Below are positions 25,058 to 39,080 of a stretch of DNA of 64,000 nucleotides, piece after piece. Positions within the stretch are counted from its first letter, which is position 1. Each line of letters starts with the position of its first letter. The position numbers and the translations under genes are program-made. The stretch comes from Octopus bimaculoides (lineage: Eukaryota). The stretch is taken from the NCBI RefSeq assembly GCF_001194135.2, contig NC_069000.1, positions 42,777,787 to 42,841,786 of the forward strand, written 5' to 3'. The notes under the pieces were generated by a model. The model was not told the origin of the DNA and did no database searches. It saw only the letters and a program-made list of their open reading frames with translations.

Positions 25058-25059
<2 letters not shown>
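24332..25059 (+). mobile_element. 5'-truncated CR1-group LINE (decayed ORF2 C-terminus, 3' UTR and tail)
   Basis: WILRNFRTRD*VVMLTLWKTFVLSHLDYCSQLWSPH...YRERLKELQLYSVERRRER...GPQLF...TIPDEP...SNSLIQM, with stops and frameshifts. Ends caagaataaaagaata. Confidence 0.9.
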
Positions 25060-25116
<57 letters not shown>

Positions 25117-25653
25117 NNNNNNNNNNNNNNNNNNNNNNNNNNNNNNNNNNNNNNNNNNNNNNNNNNNNNNNNNNNNNNNNNNNNNNNNNNNNNNNNNNNN
25201 NNNNNNNNNNNNNNNNNNNNNNNNNNNNNNNNNNNNNNNNNNNNNNNNNNNNNNNNNNNNNNNNNNNNNNNNNNNNNNNNNNNNNNNNNNNNNNNNNNNN
25301 NNNNNNNNNNNNNNNNNNNNNNNNNNNNNNNNNNNNNNNNNNNNNNNNNNNNNNNNNNNNNNNNNNNNNNNNNNNNNNNNNNNNNNNNNNNNNNNNNNNN
25401 NNNNNNNNNNNNNNNNNNNNNNNNNNNATAATGCATATATATGTGTATGTGTGTGTGTGTGTGGGGGGGGGTAAAGAACGTTGAAGCACAGTTAGGAAGG
25501 AAATGTTTTTGATCTGGTATAAGAAAACTCGGTATGACATAGAAAACTCCAGAATAAGATCTTTTACGATAAAGACGGCCTCAAAATAGATTGGGTAAAA
25601 AGAATTTAAAACTAACATTGACAATAGTAACAACAACAACGTCGTCGAGGACG

Positions 25654-25701
<48 letters not shown>

Positions 25702-26251
25702 TTTCAAGCATGCTAAATTGGAGAAGAAAATATTTCAAGAGTCAGAGGTTACTCTTCGCTAAGTAGAAAATAAAATTAGTGTAGTAAATGTCTTTCTGTT
25801 TATACGTTTGCATGTACGTATGTATGTATGCGTGTGTGTATATACATATGTGTGTGTGTTTGTGTGTATGTATGTATATATACGAGTGTGTGTGTATGCA
25901 TTATTGTATGCATGTTTGAATGTATGTTTGTACGTACATATGAATGAATTTAGGTGCATATACATGGATAATTGAATTGAAGAACTAAATCTAAATTTGA
26001 GCATGCCTCTCTACCTCTATCTATTTATGTATTCATTCATACATACATACATGTACATACACACACACATTAACTGGAGTAAATATATATGTGCTTGAGA
26101 CTGGGTGTGGGTGTCTGTGGAATACTGTTGCAGTGTTCGTGTTGTGTATGTATCTGTCCCTGTATGTGTATATATTCGTGTGTATAAATAAATATGTGTG
26201 CGTGTTTGAGTATATATAAATATATCTGTATATAATAACATTTATATCTGT

Positions 26252-26289
<38 letters not shown>

Positions 26290-26787
26290 GTCTACAGATA
26301 TTTGTGTTTGTGCGTGTGCGCACGCGTGTGTATGTATATATGTATGTATGTATGTATGTATAGATCTATGTATACACCCACCTAGATGTCGGACTAAATC
26401 AAAGAACACAGAACCCCACTAACTGCATAAAACCACAATTGCAAAGGAAAGAAGAAAGCTCAGAAGTGAAACCACTTGTATAAACATTCCGTTTGTAAAC
26501 TGCACCAAAAACCAAACTTGGGAACTATTCTTGGCGAGTCTGATTTGTATTTAATTCGAAAATGTTTACTTTAATTGGGACGGAAACTTGAAGGAACGTG
26601 TGCGCGCGCGCTGTGTGTGTGCGTGAGTGCGTATGTATTTGTGGGTGCTTTACTGCCTGTGTGTATAAATATATATATATATATATATTTATGCATACAT
26701 AAATGCTCCTTTCCCGAACGTCTCGTAACACAATCTGTATCACGACCTCACGTTGTTGTTGTTTTGTCTTTTTCCTTTTTTGAACTT

Positions 26788-26833
<46 letters not shown>

Positions 26834-26847
26834 CCGGAGCGGTATAT

Positions 26848-26891
<44 letters not shown>

Positions 26892-26925
26892 ATATATACA
26901 TATGCATATATTGACATATATGAAA

Positions 26926-27234
26926 GGGTGTGGCTTAATCGTTACGGTATTCGACTCAGTATTGTAAGGTCGTGAGTTCAATTCCCAACGACGTGTTGTG
27001 CCCTTGAGCAAAACACTTTATTTCATGTTGCCCCAGTCCACTCAGCTGACAAAAATCAGTAGTACCTGTATTTCAAAGGGCCGGTCTTGTCACACTGTGT
27101 CACGCTGAATCTTCTTGAGAACTACGTTAAGGAAACACAGGTCTGTGGAGTGATCCACCACTTGCGCGTTAATTTAACGAGCAAGATGTTTCCGTTAATC
27201 GTATCAGCTGGGACCCTCACGGTCGTAATGCTCG
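26926..27234 (+). mobile_element. Near full-length tRNA-derived CORE-like SINE (family E)
   Basis: A-box tggcttaatcgtt, B-box gagttcaattccc, then gtgcccttgagcaaaacactt (CORE-like). The 3' part matches 43267-43378 in reverse complement. Confidence 0.85.
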
Positions 27235-27330
27235 TTTGTTTACATATATATGATATATGTATCGCAATCTCTCCTTCTCTTCAGCTCATTGTCCCGTTAC
27301 CTCACACCTCTTTCTCTCTCTCTCTTCAGG

Positions 27331-27366
<36 letters not shown>

Positions 27367-27649
27367 TGNNNNNNNNNNNNNNNNNNNNNNNNNNNNNNNN
27401 NNNNNNNNNNNNNNNNNNNNNNNNNNNNNNNNNNNNNNNNNNNNNNNNNNNNNNNNNNNNNNNNNNNNNNNNNNNNNNNNNNNNNNNNNNNNNNNNNNNN
27501 NNNNNNNNNNNNNNNNNNNNNNNNNNNNNNNNNNNNNNNNNNNNNNNNNNNNNNNNNNNNNNNNNNNNNNNNNNNNNNNNNNNNNNNNNNNNNNNNNNNN
27601 NNNNNNNNNNNNNNNNNNNNNNNNNNNNNNNNNNNNNNNNNNNNNNNNN

Positions 27650-27681
<32 letters not shown>

Positions 27682-28329
27682 CTTTTATTCTTTTACTGCG
27701 GCCGTCCTGGAACTGCAAACCATGAAAATGAAAGGAAATATCGAATTGAGAGAAATTATTAGCGTGAGCCATATGGGTCGATTTAACTCCTGCCGAAAAA
27801 TAATAATAAAAACAAAATATAATCTCAATTAAACATCCACAGAATATTCGCCAACAAAATCGAAACCTATCTCCTATTCCATTGTATATGTATTTTTGTT
27901 TGTGTTATAAACCAAAATGCTCAGAATAAAAAAAATACAAGAAAGTCTTGAGGGCAGAAGTCTTCAATAACAGAAATTCAATATAGTGTAGCCTAAAGAA
28001 TTAACTAAAGGAATTAACTAAAGGAATTAACTTACGGATTAAATTCTATATAAGTTCTTTCTAAGGATTAATGGAAAAAATTCGCCAAGTTAAAAATTTA
28101 AGAACCGTGTCTTTGTATTACAAAGCTAAGCCGAATTAAATACGCATGTACGACAGTAGTGTGGAAAGTTCCTGCGTAGATTCTCAAATCTAATTATCTA
28201 GGTTCGAAACCGTACACACCCAAGCCAAAAACAATCTGAACAAATATGAAGAATTGAACACTTACTGATATAAAATGTTGGTCTTGGGCCAGACACTTTA
28301 CTGTGAGCAGAGAAACTAAATTAATTGCA

Positions 28330-28452
28330 TCGACTCTAGAGCTCTGCTGGTACTAATTTTATCAATTTCGAAAGGATGAATGGCAATGTCTCCCCTCAGT
28401 GGCATTTGAGCGCAGAAGGTAAACCTGAAAGAAATGCTGCTAAGCCTTCAGC
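28330..28452 (-). mobile_element. Degenerate SINE family C
   Basis: ctggtactaattttatcaatttcgaaaggatgaatggcaa...ggcatttgagcgcagaa...gctaagc. Confidence 0.6.
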
Positions 28453-30278
28453 GGGTAACGTTTGGAATGCAGGCAAGGTCTATAGATCTCGTGTCTTGCG
28501 TTTAAGAAAGTCCCCCAGTCAACCATCTGTATAGGACACCGCTTGCTCTATGAGCCTCCATTTAATTTTGTATGTGGTTCCTTCATTCTTAAATTCCCAC
28601 ACGTGATTGCCAAGAGACATAGCGCAACGCTAAAAGACGACCTGTGGTTGTACAGGCGCCACTTAAAGGCAATTCCGACCGAGTCGATATAGCTCCACAC
28701 TTGAGTGTTGGTCGTGTTGTCGCCTCTGGTATTTCTTCCGTTGAACCCGGGCCGGAAGTTGTTGCCTCTGCTGCTGTTGGAGTTGACGTCTGTTATTGCA
28801 AGGGGTGGGCCCGGCAGTACCGCTAGTGCTGCTGCTGATGTCATAGTCATCCTCGACCGCAATATTGGTGTTGAGGCTGCTTGGCGGTGGCGGTTTAAAA
28901 ATTAGAGGATAGCAACGGTTTTCTACCTCCAGTTTGAAGAACTTGCTGGCCTTGTGCCAAACTTTGAAACCAATATAAAACAGAGAGAGCAGAACAACAA
29001 AACTAAGCTCAACGCGGTACGAGAACCGCCGAACTTTCTACGTGATCAGTTTTTATTTGAGGCGTTTATAAAATTAATACTGTTATTAATTCCGCCATTA
29101 GCAGACCCCTAAAACAACAAACGTCAAGTATTTAATTCTGCAGATAATACCTTACCAGACGTCAGAGGGCATTAGCAAAGTTGGCATCGGATTTTGTTTC
29201 CTTGTCTTCTCTACACTTCTTCGTTTTCATCATCACCTTCCTGCACTACCACTACTACTACTACATCATTTTCCTTTTGATCTTCATGATCATAGTCTCC
29301 GCCAACATCCCTATCTTCGTCACCATCACCATCGTTAAGATTATCATCATCACATTCATCATCATCCTGATAACCATTTCTTTCGTCTTCTTCCTCTGCC
29401 ACTCAATTCAATTCAATTCCTCTTTCCCCGCCTCCTTTTCCTCCTCACACTTTCCCACGTTGCTTCCTTTCGTCCCCCACAAGTTATCTCTTCTCTCCTC
29501 CTCCTCCACTTTCCCTCGCTATTCACAATCATCGACATGTGGCTTCTCACACTACCGTAGTCATTCCTATTGCTTGTGGACAGACTTAATCGTTTCATCC
29601 CTTTATTCATTCCCCCTTCACTGTACCTGCATGTCCACCCCACAACACGCTCTATTTCTCCCCCCCCCCCATCACAAACACATACCGATTGTCCTATTCT
29701 TTCGCTAGTTTTAGTTCTTGTCCCCTGCTCAAACAGGTTATTGGCCTCAAGGAATTTAGTCGACCAACTCATTCCACACCCGCACAATAATTCCCGTTGG
29801 GTAGATTTATTTTATGTAAGAATAATTAAATTTTTTTACAGGCGCAGGTGTGACTNNNNNNNNNNNNNNNNNNNNNNNNNNNNNNNNNNNNNNNNNNNNN
29901 NNNNNNNNNNNNNNNNNNNNNNNNNNNNNNNNNNNNNNNNNNNNNNNNNNNNNNNNNNNNNNNNNNNNNNNNNNNNNNNNNNNNNNNNNNNNNNNNNNNN
30001 NNNNNNNNNNNNNNNNNNNNNNNNNNNNNNNNNNNNNNNNNNNNNNNNNNNNNNNNNNNNNNNNNNNNNNNNNNNNNNNNNNNNNNNNNNNNNNNNNNNN
30101 NNNNNNNNNNNNNNNNNNNNNNNNNNNNNNNNNNNNNNNNNNNNNNNNNNNNNNNNNNNNNNNNNNNNNNNNNNNNNNNNNNNNNNNNNNNNNNNNNNNN
30201 NNNNNNNNNNNNNNNNNNNNNNNNNNNNNNNNNNNNNNNNNNNNNNNNNNNNNNNNNNNNNNNNNNNNNNNNNNNNNN

Positions 30279-30318
<40 letters not shown>

Positions 30319-30883
30319 CAAATATTAAGGATGTAATTTACTCGTAAGGGATTTCTTTAAAAATCCGGATGACTGATGTTGTCAAATATATTGATAGAAA
30401 CTTCCACAAAATATATTGATAAATCACCCAATAATGTGTAAAGTTAACTGAAGATTCGAACTGATGAATGATCGAAGTCATTCCAGTCATGAAAATAAAT
30501 TCTCAATATCAAGCTCAGTGTATCTAAGAATACAATATCAAATGTGACCACCCTATTTGAGTACATCAAAGTTTGATTTAATATAGACCTGGTTGTTATT
30601 TCTAGCATCTTAATTTTCGCTTCCACCCTTCCTTCCACCTTTTGTTTTTCGTACTAATATTACCCCCACCCCGACTCATGTCGATATATTCTTGCCTTTC
30701 TTTCCTTCGTCTTCGATTTCATTGTTGGCAGTCAAACAGTTAAAGTATTATATAACACATATCGATTTTCAATATTTGTTGATCCATACGGCTTAGTGAT
30801 TATATTTAGTTTGCCTCCCAGTAAACTGGATGTAACCACATATCCACATTCACACATGTATGAATAGTCTCTCTCTCTCCCTC

Positions 30884-30917
<34 letters not shown>

Positions 30918-31067
30918 CATACATACATATATATACATGTATACATATATGATCTTACGCCACATACAGATGTATATATATGAATATATGTACATATACA
31001 TACAAATATATATATGTATATAAATACTCATATATATATATATATACACACATTCATACACACATAT

Positions 31068-31129
31068 ACGACGGGCTTCTTTCAGTTTCCGTCTAACAAA
31101 TCCACTCAAAAAGCTTTGGTTGGCCTGAG

Positions 31130-31130
<1 letters not shown>
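31068..31130 (-). mobile_element. SINE family D fragment
   Basis: acgacgggcttctttcagtttccgtctaacaaatccactcaaaaagctttgg is nearly identical to 7298-7350. Confidence 0.85.
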
Positions 31131-31165
<35 letters not shown>

Positions 31166-31318
31166 NNNNNNNNNNNNNNNNNNNNNNNNNNNNNNNNNNN
31201 NNNNNNNNNNNNNNNNNNNNNNNNNNNNNNNNNNNNNNNNNNNNNNNNNNNNNNNNNNNNNNNNNNNNNNNNNNNNNNNNNNNNNNNNNNNNNNNNNNNN
31301 NNNNNNNNNNNNNNNNNN

Positions 31319-31353
<35 letters not shown>

Positions 31354-33452
31354 AAACGCAGGTGTTACTCAGTGTCTTTTCCTTCCGACACATGTTTCGA
31401 AGATATCATTGGTATTATTCCAAAGGAATAAAATGGTGTAAAACAACGTAATCTTCTCTTCGGGAAAATGAAGAAATAAAACTCGTCAATAAAACATTTT
31501 AACAAAATATGATGGATATGTATAGTGATGAGCTGAACGCTATTAAGATTTAAAAAACAGAGGGTATACCGTGAAAGATGGCTTCTCCTTCTCCTCTAGG
31601 TTACCTTTGACGTTATACTCTCTAACGTTTGGTGTTTTTAAAGGAGAAGAAGAAGAAATAAACACGTTGTTTCAGGTTCTGTTGAGAATGGGAACCAGTA
31701 ACTAGCTGGGGTTATTCTACGGCGGGCTGCAGCTCTGCTCACGCAGAGGCCTTCATTCGGACGCTGTGATTTCGCATATCCATACATGTAAACCGATTCA
31801 ACGCCGGCTTTAGTGGCTTACAGCTTCAAAATTCGGCCTTAGTGGCTTACAGTTTCAAAACAGATTTTACATTTTAAATTATCAGGTCGTACAAACAAGT
31901 AAAAATGTCTGGTATATATTTCAGGTATAGTTGTTGTTTACTTCTTTTCTGCTTTGCAGGGGTGATGGTAAAAAATTAAAGCGCAGAAGATTTCTTTTGT
32001 AAAATGAACGAACGAAGAGAGTAAACGATATAATGTGTTGCTGTGTTCTATTTTCTTTATTGAAGAGTTGATAATGGATGTGTTCGTTTCATATCCGAAA
32101 AAAAAAAAAAAGATGTAAATGATGCGATAAGATTATAAATTTTGAAGACAATCACCCTCCAAGAAAGATAAAAATACATCAATATTCAAGTTCAGGAAAG
32201 GGTGCCCACAAAAAAAAGAGCATCTACAAAAACAAAAATAAAAACGTTCCCACAAAATAGAACATCAACAAAAAAACGTGTAAATGTCTATTTCACTGTG
32301 TGTGTATTTGGGTGTATATAAATACACACACATACACACNNNNNNNNNNNNNNNNNNNNNNNNNNNNNNNNNNNNNNNNNNNNNNNNNNNNNNNNNNNNN
32401 NNNNNNNNNNNNNNNNNNNNNNNNNNNNNNNNNNNNNNNNNNNNNNNNNNNNNNNNNNNNNNNNNNNNNNNNNNNNNNNNNNNNNNNNNNNNNNNNNNNN
32501 NNNNNNNNNNNNNNNNNNNNNNNNNNNNNNNNNNNNNNNNNNNNNNNNNNNNNNNNNNNNNNNNNNNNNNNNNNNNNNNNNNNNNNNNNNNNNNNNNNNN
32601 NNNNNNNNNNNNNNNNNNNNNNNNNNNNNNNNNNNNNNNNNNNNNNNNNNNNNNNNNNNNNNNNNNNNNNNNNNNNNNNNNNNNNNNNNNNNNNNNNNNN
32701 NNNNNNNNNNNNNNNNNNNNNNNNNNNNNNNNNNNNNNNNNNNNNNNNNNNNNNNNNNNNNNNNNNNNNNNNNNNNNNNNNNNNNNNNNNNNNNNNNNNN
32801 NNNNNNNNNNNNNNNNNNNNNNNNNNNNNNNNNNNNNNNNNNNNNNNNNNNNNNNNNNNNNNNNNNNNNNNNNNNNNNNNNNNNNNNNNNNNNNNNNNNN
32901 NNNNNNNNNNNNNNNNNNNNNNNNNNNNNNNNNNNNNNNNNNNNNNNNNNNNNNNNNNNNNNNNNNNNNNNNNNNNNNNNNNNNNNNNNNNNNNNNNNNN
33001 NNNNNNNNNNNNNNNNNNNNNNNNNNNNNNNNNNNNNNNNNNNNNNNNNNNNNNNNNNNNNNNNNNNNNNNNNNNNNNNNNNNNNNTATATATATATATA
33101 CATATATGCATATATATATATATATACATATATGCATATATATATATATATATATATGCATATATAGGTATATATATGTATATGTATGTATGCCTGTATA
33201 CAGGGATTTTTTGTAATTTAGGTGTATGTGTGTGTATGTGCTTTTATATTTGTGTGTATAATTATACAAAAGTTAATATATATATATTTAGACATTCGTA
33301 TATAGTCATAGCTATTCATACACCGATAGATGTATGTAAATATGTATATTTATATTCATATATGTACAATTACATGTATGTATGTGCTATATATAATATA
33401 CATGAATTTACGTATACGTGTATATATATGTATGTATATATTTGTGAGTGTC

Positions 33453-33483
<31 letters not shown>

Positions 33484-34144
33484 GCATCTGTGCTTAGAGA
33501 TACATATACAGAAAGACACCTACACACACACACACAACACACACACACACACACACACACATACAGAGGCTTATGTTTAAAATATAAATTATATATTGCG
33601 TTTTTTTTATCAACAACGTGAATTAATGTTTTATAATCAATACTGCTATCTCGTACGGAATACAATTCATAGTATAAAAAATTTATTCGAAATCTAGTCA
33701 ATATCTCGGAAATTGATGGCGAACAGATTTCTGAATGATGTGAATAAAATAGGAAAAGACAGAGAAAAAATTCATAGTCAAAGTAGAAAATACAGCATCT
33801 AAAAAACTTTTACCTCCAACTTCTGCGAGAGAAACGCTGGTTGATTCTAAATGAAACATGTTAGTCACAGACAATCTAGTTCAGGATTTACCTAGTGTTA
33901 AATTTATAAACAAAAAAAAAAACAGTGAATGTGACATCGGTTGGCTTTCATACTTAGTGATTGTCTTTCATTCAAAAATCGATGCGAGGCCAGCAATCTG
34001 GGGCTAGTATTTTAGTCGACTGGTTTGCAATTGTGGGAGACGATCTTACAATGTAGAACCGGAAGGTATATGAAGAAATCGCACGGAATACTTTTCCTAT
34101 GCTACGACGAACGATTCAACGAATAAGTTTTCTATATACGTACA

Positions 34145-34187
<43 letters not shown>

Positions 34188-34532
34188 NNNNNNNNNNNNN
34201 NNNNNNNNNNNNNNNNNNNNNNNNNNNNNNNNNNNNNNNNNNNNNNNNNNNNNNNNNNNNNNNNNNNNNNNNNNNNNNNNNNNNNNNNNNNNNNNNNNNN
34301 NNNNNNNNNNNNNNNNNNNNNNNNNNNNNNNNNNNNNNNNNNNNNNNNNNNNNNNNNNNNNNNNNNNNNNNNNNNNNNNNNNNNNNNNNNNNNNNNNNNN
34401 NNNNNNNNNNNNNNNNNNNNNNNNNNNNNNNNNNNNNNNNNNNNNNNNNNNNNNNNNNNNNNNNNNNNNNNNNNNNNNNNNNNNNNNNNNNNNNNNNNNN
34501 NNNNNNNNNNNNNNNNNNNNNNNNNNNNNNNN

Positions 34533-34580
<48 letters not shown>

Positions 34581-36129
34581 GTACATATATGCGTACATAG
34601 ACAATAATATCACGTACAGTATTATGTAAACCTGAAAAAAAATCAATATGTTAGAACCACAGGAAAAAAAAAGTGTTCCACGATCGATTTTTATATTTGT
34701 GATACATCTGTCTTTGTTTGTATATCAGGAAACATATTGATCGATTTATTGGCACGTGGTGAGACTGAATGTCGAAAACCTCCAAAGAGGTCAATGTTGT
34801 TTCTTTTGCTTTCGGCAGCTGTAAAATTCAGAAATGTGCATAATATTGGCTGAGTATACCTAGTTGTAAAGACATATGCAATTAAAAATCCTGTAACTGA
34901 TAATATTCTTTCTAGAATTAGAAAATTTATGACGAACTATTATGCAAGACTGAAGTTTGTTGTAAATATGTACAACTTACCGGACATAAACCGGTCACAT
35001 GTGTCCTAAGGATCGTTGAAAATCAGAAATTGCTGTAGAAAGAGAAATTTATTTGATTTTTAAACTAATGAGTGATTGGAAGAAACGTATTGATTTTATT
35101 TGGCCAGCTCAATGAATGATATTTTTTGAACCAGAAATATTAACAATTCGAAAATCAAAAATTGTAGGGATGAATGGGGTATAATTCCATAAGCAATTAT
35201 ACATATGATAACAGTTATATTAATAAAAATATATATCTATTCCATCCCCTTCTTAGATGTACTTATAAGAACATTGTTTGGGATTGGATTAGAGAAAATA
35301 CGAATGTTATTAATACAACATCAGGGCTTAGATGGTCGTTATATCCCCATGCAATAACAACCAGTTTCTTTTAACTAACAAACTAATGTTTTTAGAAAAA
35401 TGATTTGTTAATGATAGTAGTTTGAGAAATACAAAAAAAAATGAAATGCAAAAGAGAAGGGGACAGGATAATTTCTTTTGGGACGTCTATGATTATAGAT
35501 CTGCTGAGTTCGGCTGACCTGTGGTTAAAGAAGAAATGCTGTTTTGCCACGAACAATTGAAATGAAAGAACTACGAGGACCTAACACACACACACACACA
35601 CATACGCACGCACATACACACATATGCACATCGAAGCATGCGTACATGTGAACACAACTACCGCAGTAATTTTATTTTAATTTTTATTGGCACTTTTCAA
35701 ATGATCATTTACATATTGTGAATATTCTAAAATTAACACACGAACGTTTTATAATTCTGGAATTAGAAATAAAATGAAAATATGGAAGAGAGTAGTATAG
35801 AAAACCAAACGCACAAATACATATTGAACTAGTAAAGTCGATGTATTTTCGCTGAAAATTTTTGAAAAAGATAAGGCTAAAAAATTGCTTCTTTTTTCCG
35901 GCGGATATTTACAGTTTCTGCAATTTTCGCTAAAACTATTTCGCCTAGATTTAATGCAATGCATTGTTCGGAAATGAAATTTCGTTACTCGCTGGAAAAC
36001 ATAATTATATCGATATCAACCATGTCTTAAACAAATTTGTAAATAATTTTGTTACGTACATGCGAGAATTCGTTGTTTGTTGGAAGAAGCGACACTAAAC
36101 AAAGGATAAATGAGAATGGGAAAGAAAGG

Positions 36130-36440
36130 AGGATGAGGGAGAAGAAGAAGAAGAAGAAGAAGAAGAAGAAGAAGAAGAAGAAGAAGAAGAAGAATTGGAA
36201 TATGGAAGAAATTAAGTAAAAAAAAAACAAACGAAAATGGAAATAACAAAGAAAATTTTGAAAACGAAAATGTAGGAAACCTTGAATGAAATGCAAGCAA
36301 AGAAGATAAAGAAAATGAACAGAACGAAGAAGAGGATAGAGAAAAATACAAAAACAAAAAGAAGGAAACCAATGAAGAAAATGCAACAAAAGTAGAAAGA
36401 GAACAAAACGCAAGAAAAGAAGAAAACGAAAGAGTAAAGA
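36130..36440. repeat. (GAA)n microsatellite and A-rich low-complexity tract
   Basis: Seen directly. It produces the poly-F/L ORFs in the track. Confidence 0.9.
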
Positions 36441-37284
36441 AGCAGAAAATGAATAACAAGAAAAAGGATCTTTTTGGAGTATTTGCCACAAGGTCATTGA
36501 AGCATGGATATTAAATTATTACAATGACGAAAACGAGAAAAAGACAAAATATCCAACTACTTTTGCATAGGAATTTCGTTAAAAATTCGCAAGTTTTCAG
36601 CTTCTCTCTATAAAGTAATTTGACTTTGTTGTTGTTGTTGTTGTTGTTGTTGCTATCGTTATTTCTACTGTAACAAGCAACGAAGTAGAAGCTCCGCAGC
36701 TTGTTCAATAAATCTCTTCTGGTTACGATAAAAATTCAAAATAATCTCAGGAGGTGATTGTGTTTTTGGAAAATGACGCGAGGCAAAGTTAACCACGCCG
36801 GATTAAGAAAACTTAATGTACGAAGAGTGTATAAAAAGTCTCGAGCCTCAAAAGACAAACAAAAAAAAAAAACGAAAAAACATGGTACAAGACTTCTGAT
36901 GAAGGTACAAGATTTCAAGCCTTAAAAATTTTCATACACCCGTCGTAAAGAACCGGAGCATATACCACAAGGCATTATTTTTCCCAAGGCATTATTTTTC
37001 CCATTATGTTTCCCAGATCACCACTGAAAATATTTAGAAATGACAAGAAAATTTAATGAAACATGAAGTTACAAATGTTCTTGTTAATACATTTTTTAAC
37101 TCCAATATTTTCCAGATTCCGAAGGAACTCAAGACAAAGTTGACATCGGGCAATTTGAACCCAGAACACGAAGAGATGGAAGAAATACTGCCATCACACT
37201 AAACCAGAAATAGATTTAAAGTTTCAACCTAACCTAAAAATGTCTTAGGTTAAAAGCAACGTATTGCGTGTCCTATCAAATACT

Positions 37285-37548
37285 TGGCTGCCTCAAATGG
37301 GTCTCTCTTGAGCCATAGACCTCATAAACCCGGAGTTTACCCTGGTTTTTATGGGGTAAAAATTGATTGAGATTCCAACACTCGCTCTGAACATTACACC
37401 TGTCAGCCGCAGACTTAACTTCCAATATATTTCTGGAATTTATTTGCAGATGAATGGAGCTGAAATATGGTGAAAGCAACGTACTAGCCGACCCAGGAAT
37501 CGAAATCAGGATCAGAAAATCATGAGTGCGAACCCTCACCACTATGCC
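37285..37548 (-). mobile_element. Degenerate tRNA-SINE (family B-like)
   Basis: Reverse complement starts ggcatagtggtgagggttcgcactc...atttcgattcctggg (A/B boxes) and ends aaaccagggtaaactccgggtttatgag, similar to the 55630-55660 tail. Confidence 0.55.
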
Positions 37549-38581
37549 AATATGTACATTTATTCCAACTATTCTGAATGTAGAGAAAATATTAAAACGT
37601 TTCATACGTAATTCTATGTAATGTTTTAAATCTAATATCAACCACGGGCACAGATTTGACAGTCAATGTCTTCACCTACGCAGAAAAATCTTTTCTGAAT
37701 TCTATAAAACGTTAAATTGAAGCACTCGACACATGAACTATAGAAAGAATTAAAATATAAAAAGAAAAGCAAATGAAATAAAGAAAATATTTTTCGTACT
37801 GACAGAGATAACAAAAGTTCTCTCTGAAATTGATAAACAAACCTACCATAGCTTAATCTCGAACACCATCACTACAACATATAAAATAATTTCACTTGTT
37901 TAGACGACATTAACGCCGAAACGAAAGAAGATTGTGGCCGTTAAGATACAAAAGATAGAGTTTAATCGAAGGCATCATCTAAACTTATTAACGCTACCAA
38001 AATCTGATATAATAATCATTAGTAAATAGATTCTCAACAACATAATTCCTTACTCTAAGTTAGTGTCAGTGTAATCGCCTGGAATAAAAGTAATGCAGAT
38101 TCTTTACATACGAATTCCTTCCTAAACAAAATAAAATACTGGTACATTGGACATAAGAATTGATATTATAGATTACTATCTTTTGCGTTCCAAATGGATA
38201 TAGTCAATTCAGGAATAGAAGAATAGCTGTCTCAGTCATTACTGGTTCTAGAAGTAACGTTATGTCGCATATTAGGAAACATTAGTAGCTTCTGACAACC
38301 TGAATATCCTTTCCATTGGGTAATTTGGTTCAATGATCCGCTAGAAACTCACTGGAGAGCCGACTGTTTAGCACATTGTCATTTACCACGTTCTTTCATA
38401 AGTACCCATGTACGAAAATCGCTTTTGAGTCACTCAGTCACTTTTTTGATTAATATAAATACGTTTCCGTTTTCTATTCAACTGTCGATCTGTCTGACTC
38501 TTTCTCTCACTGTGCATGTGTGTGTACACACACACACACAAACATACATACATATATATATATACACATATATATATACAC

Positions 38582-38621
<40 letters not shown>

Positions 38622-39043
38622 TTGCACATATTGTGCAAAATATACAGGAAAGGAAAGTGACAAGTGAATAAACAATGAAGAGAGAATATAGTTTTGACGC
38701 TCAGGAAAAGCTAAAAGGAGTCTTTGACGTTTCAAGACAATGCCCTTCTACAAAAATAAATGAGGAGGGAAAACAGATGACAGATGGAGAAGAAAAAACG
38801 GCGAGGAAGAAAGTGTCTGGATTAACCGTTACAGATGTTGGATTGACCGGTAGGAAGGATGTGGCTGCAGACAGAGGAGACAAAGTGACTTGGGGAAAAG
38901 TGTGTGTGAGCACAGGCATGTGTGCTGAGGTGTGTGTATATTTGTGTAAGTGCCAGAGGGTTTTTAATGTGTGTCTGTGACGCCATTGTGCGTGTGCAAG
39001 CGTGTGCGCAGCAACTAATGTGTGAGCGTATAAGGTGTGCAAG

Positions 39044-39080
<37 letters not shown>

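Noticed and set aside
27993-28042. 13-bp tandem repeat (ctaaaggaattaa, about 4 copies) and a 17-bp doublet at 36968-37001
   Set aside because: Ordinary slippage repeats with no spacers; not CRISPR-like.
30452-30484. CTGATGA followed by the hairpin gaatga/tcattc
   Set aside because: No GAAA after the stem.
35174-35374. ORF with NIVWDWIRENT...SGLRWSL, faintly RTE RT-like
   Set aside because: No recognisable catalytic motif nearby and too degraded to support.
38675-38980. 101-aa ORF MKREYSFDAQEKLKG...
   Set aside because: Purine-rich sequence running into (GT)n, with no recognisable domain or splice context.
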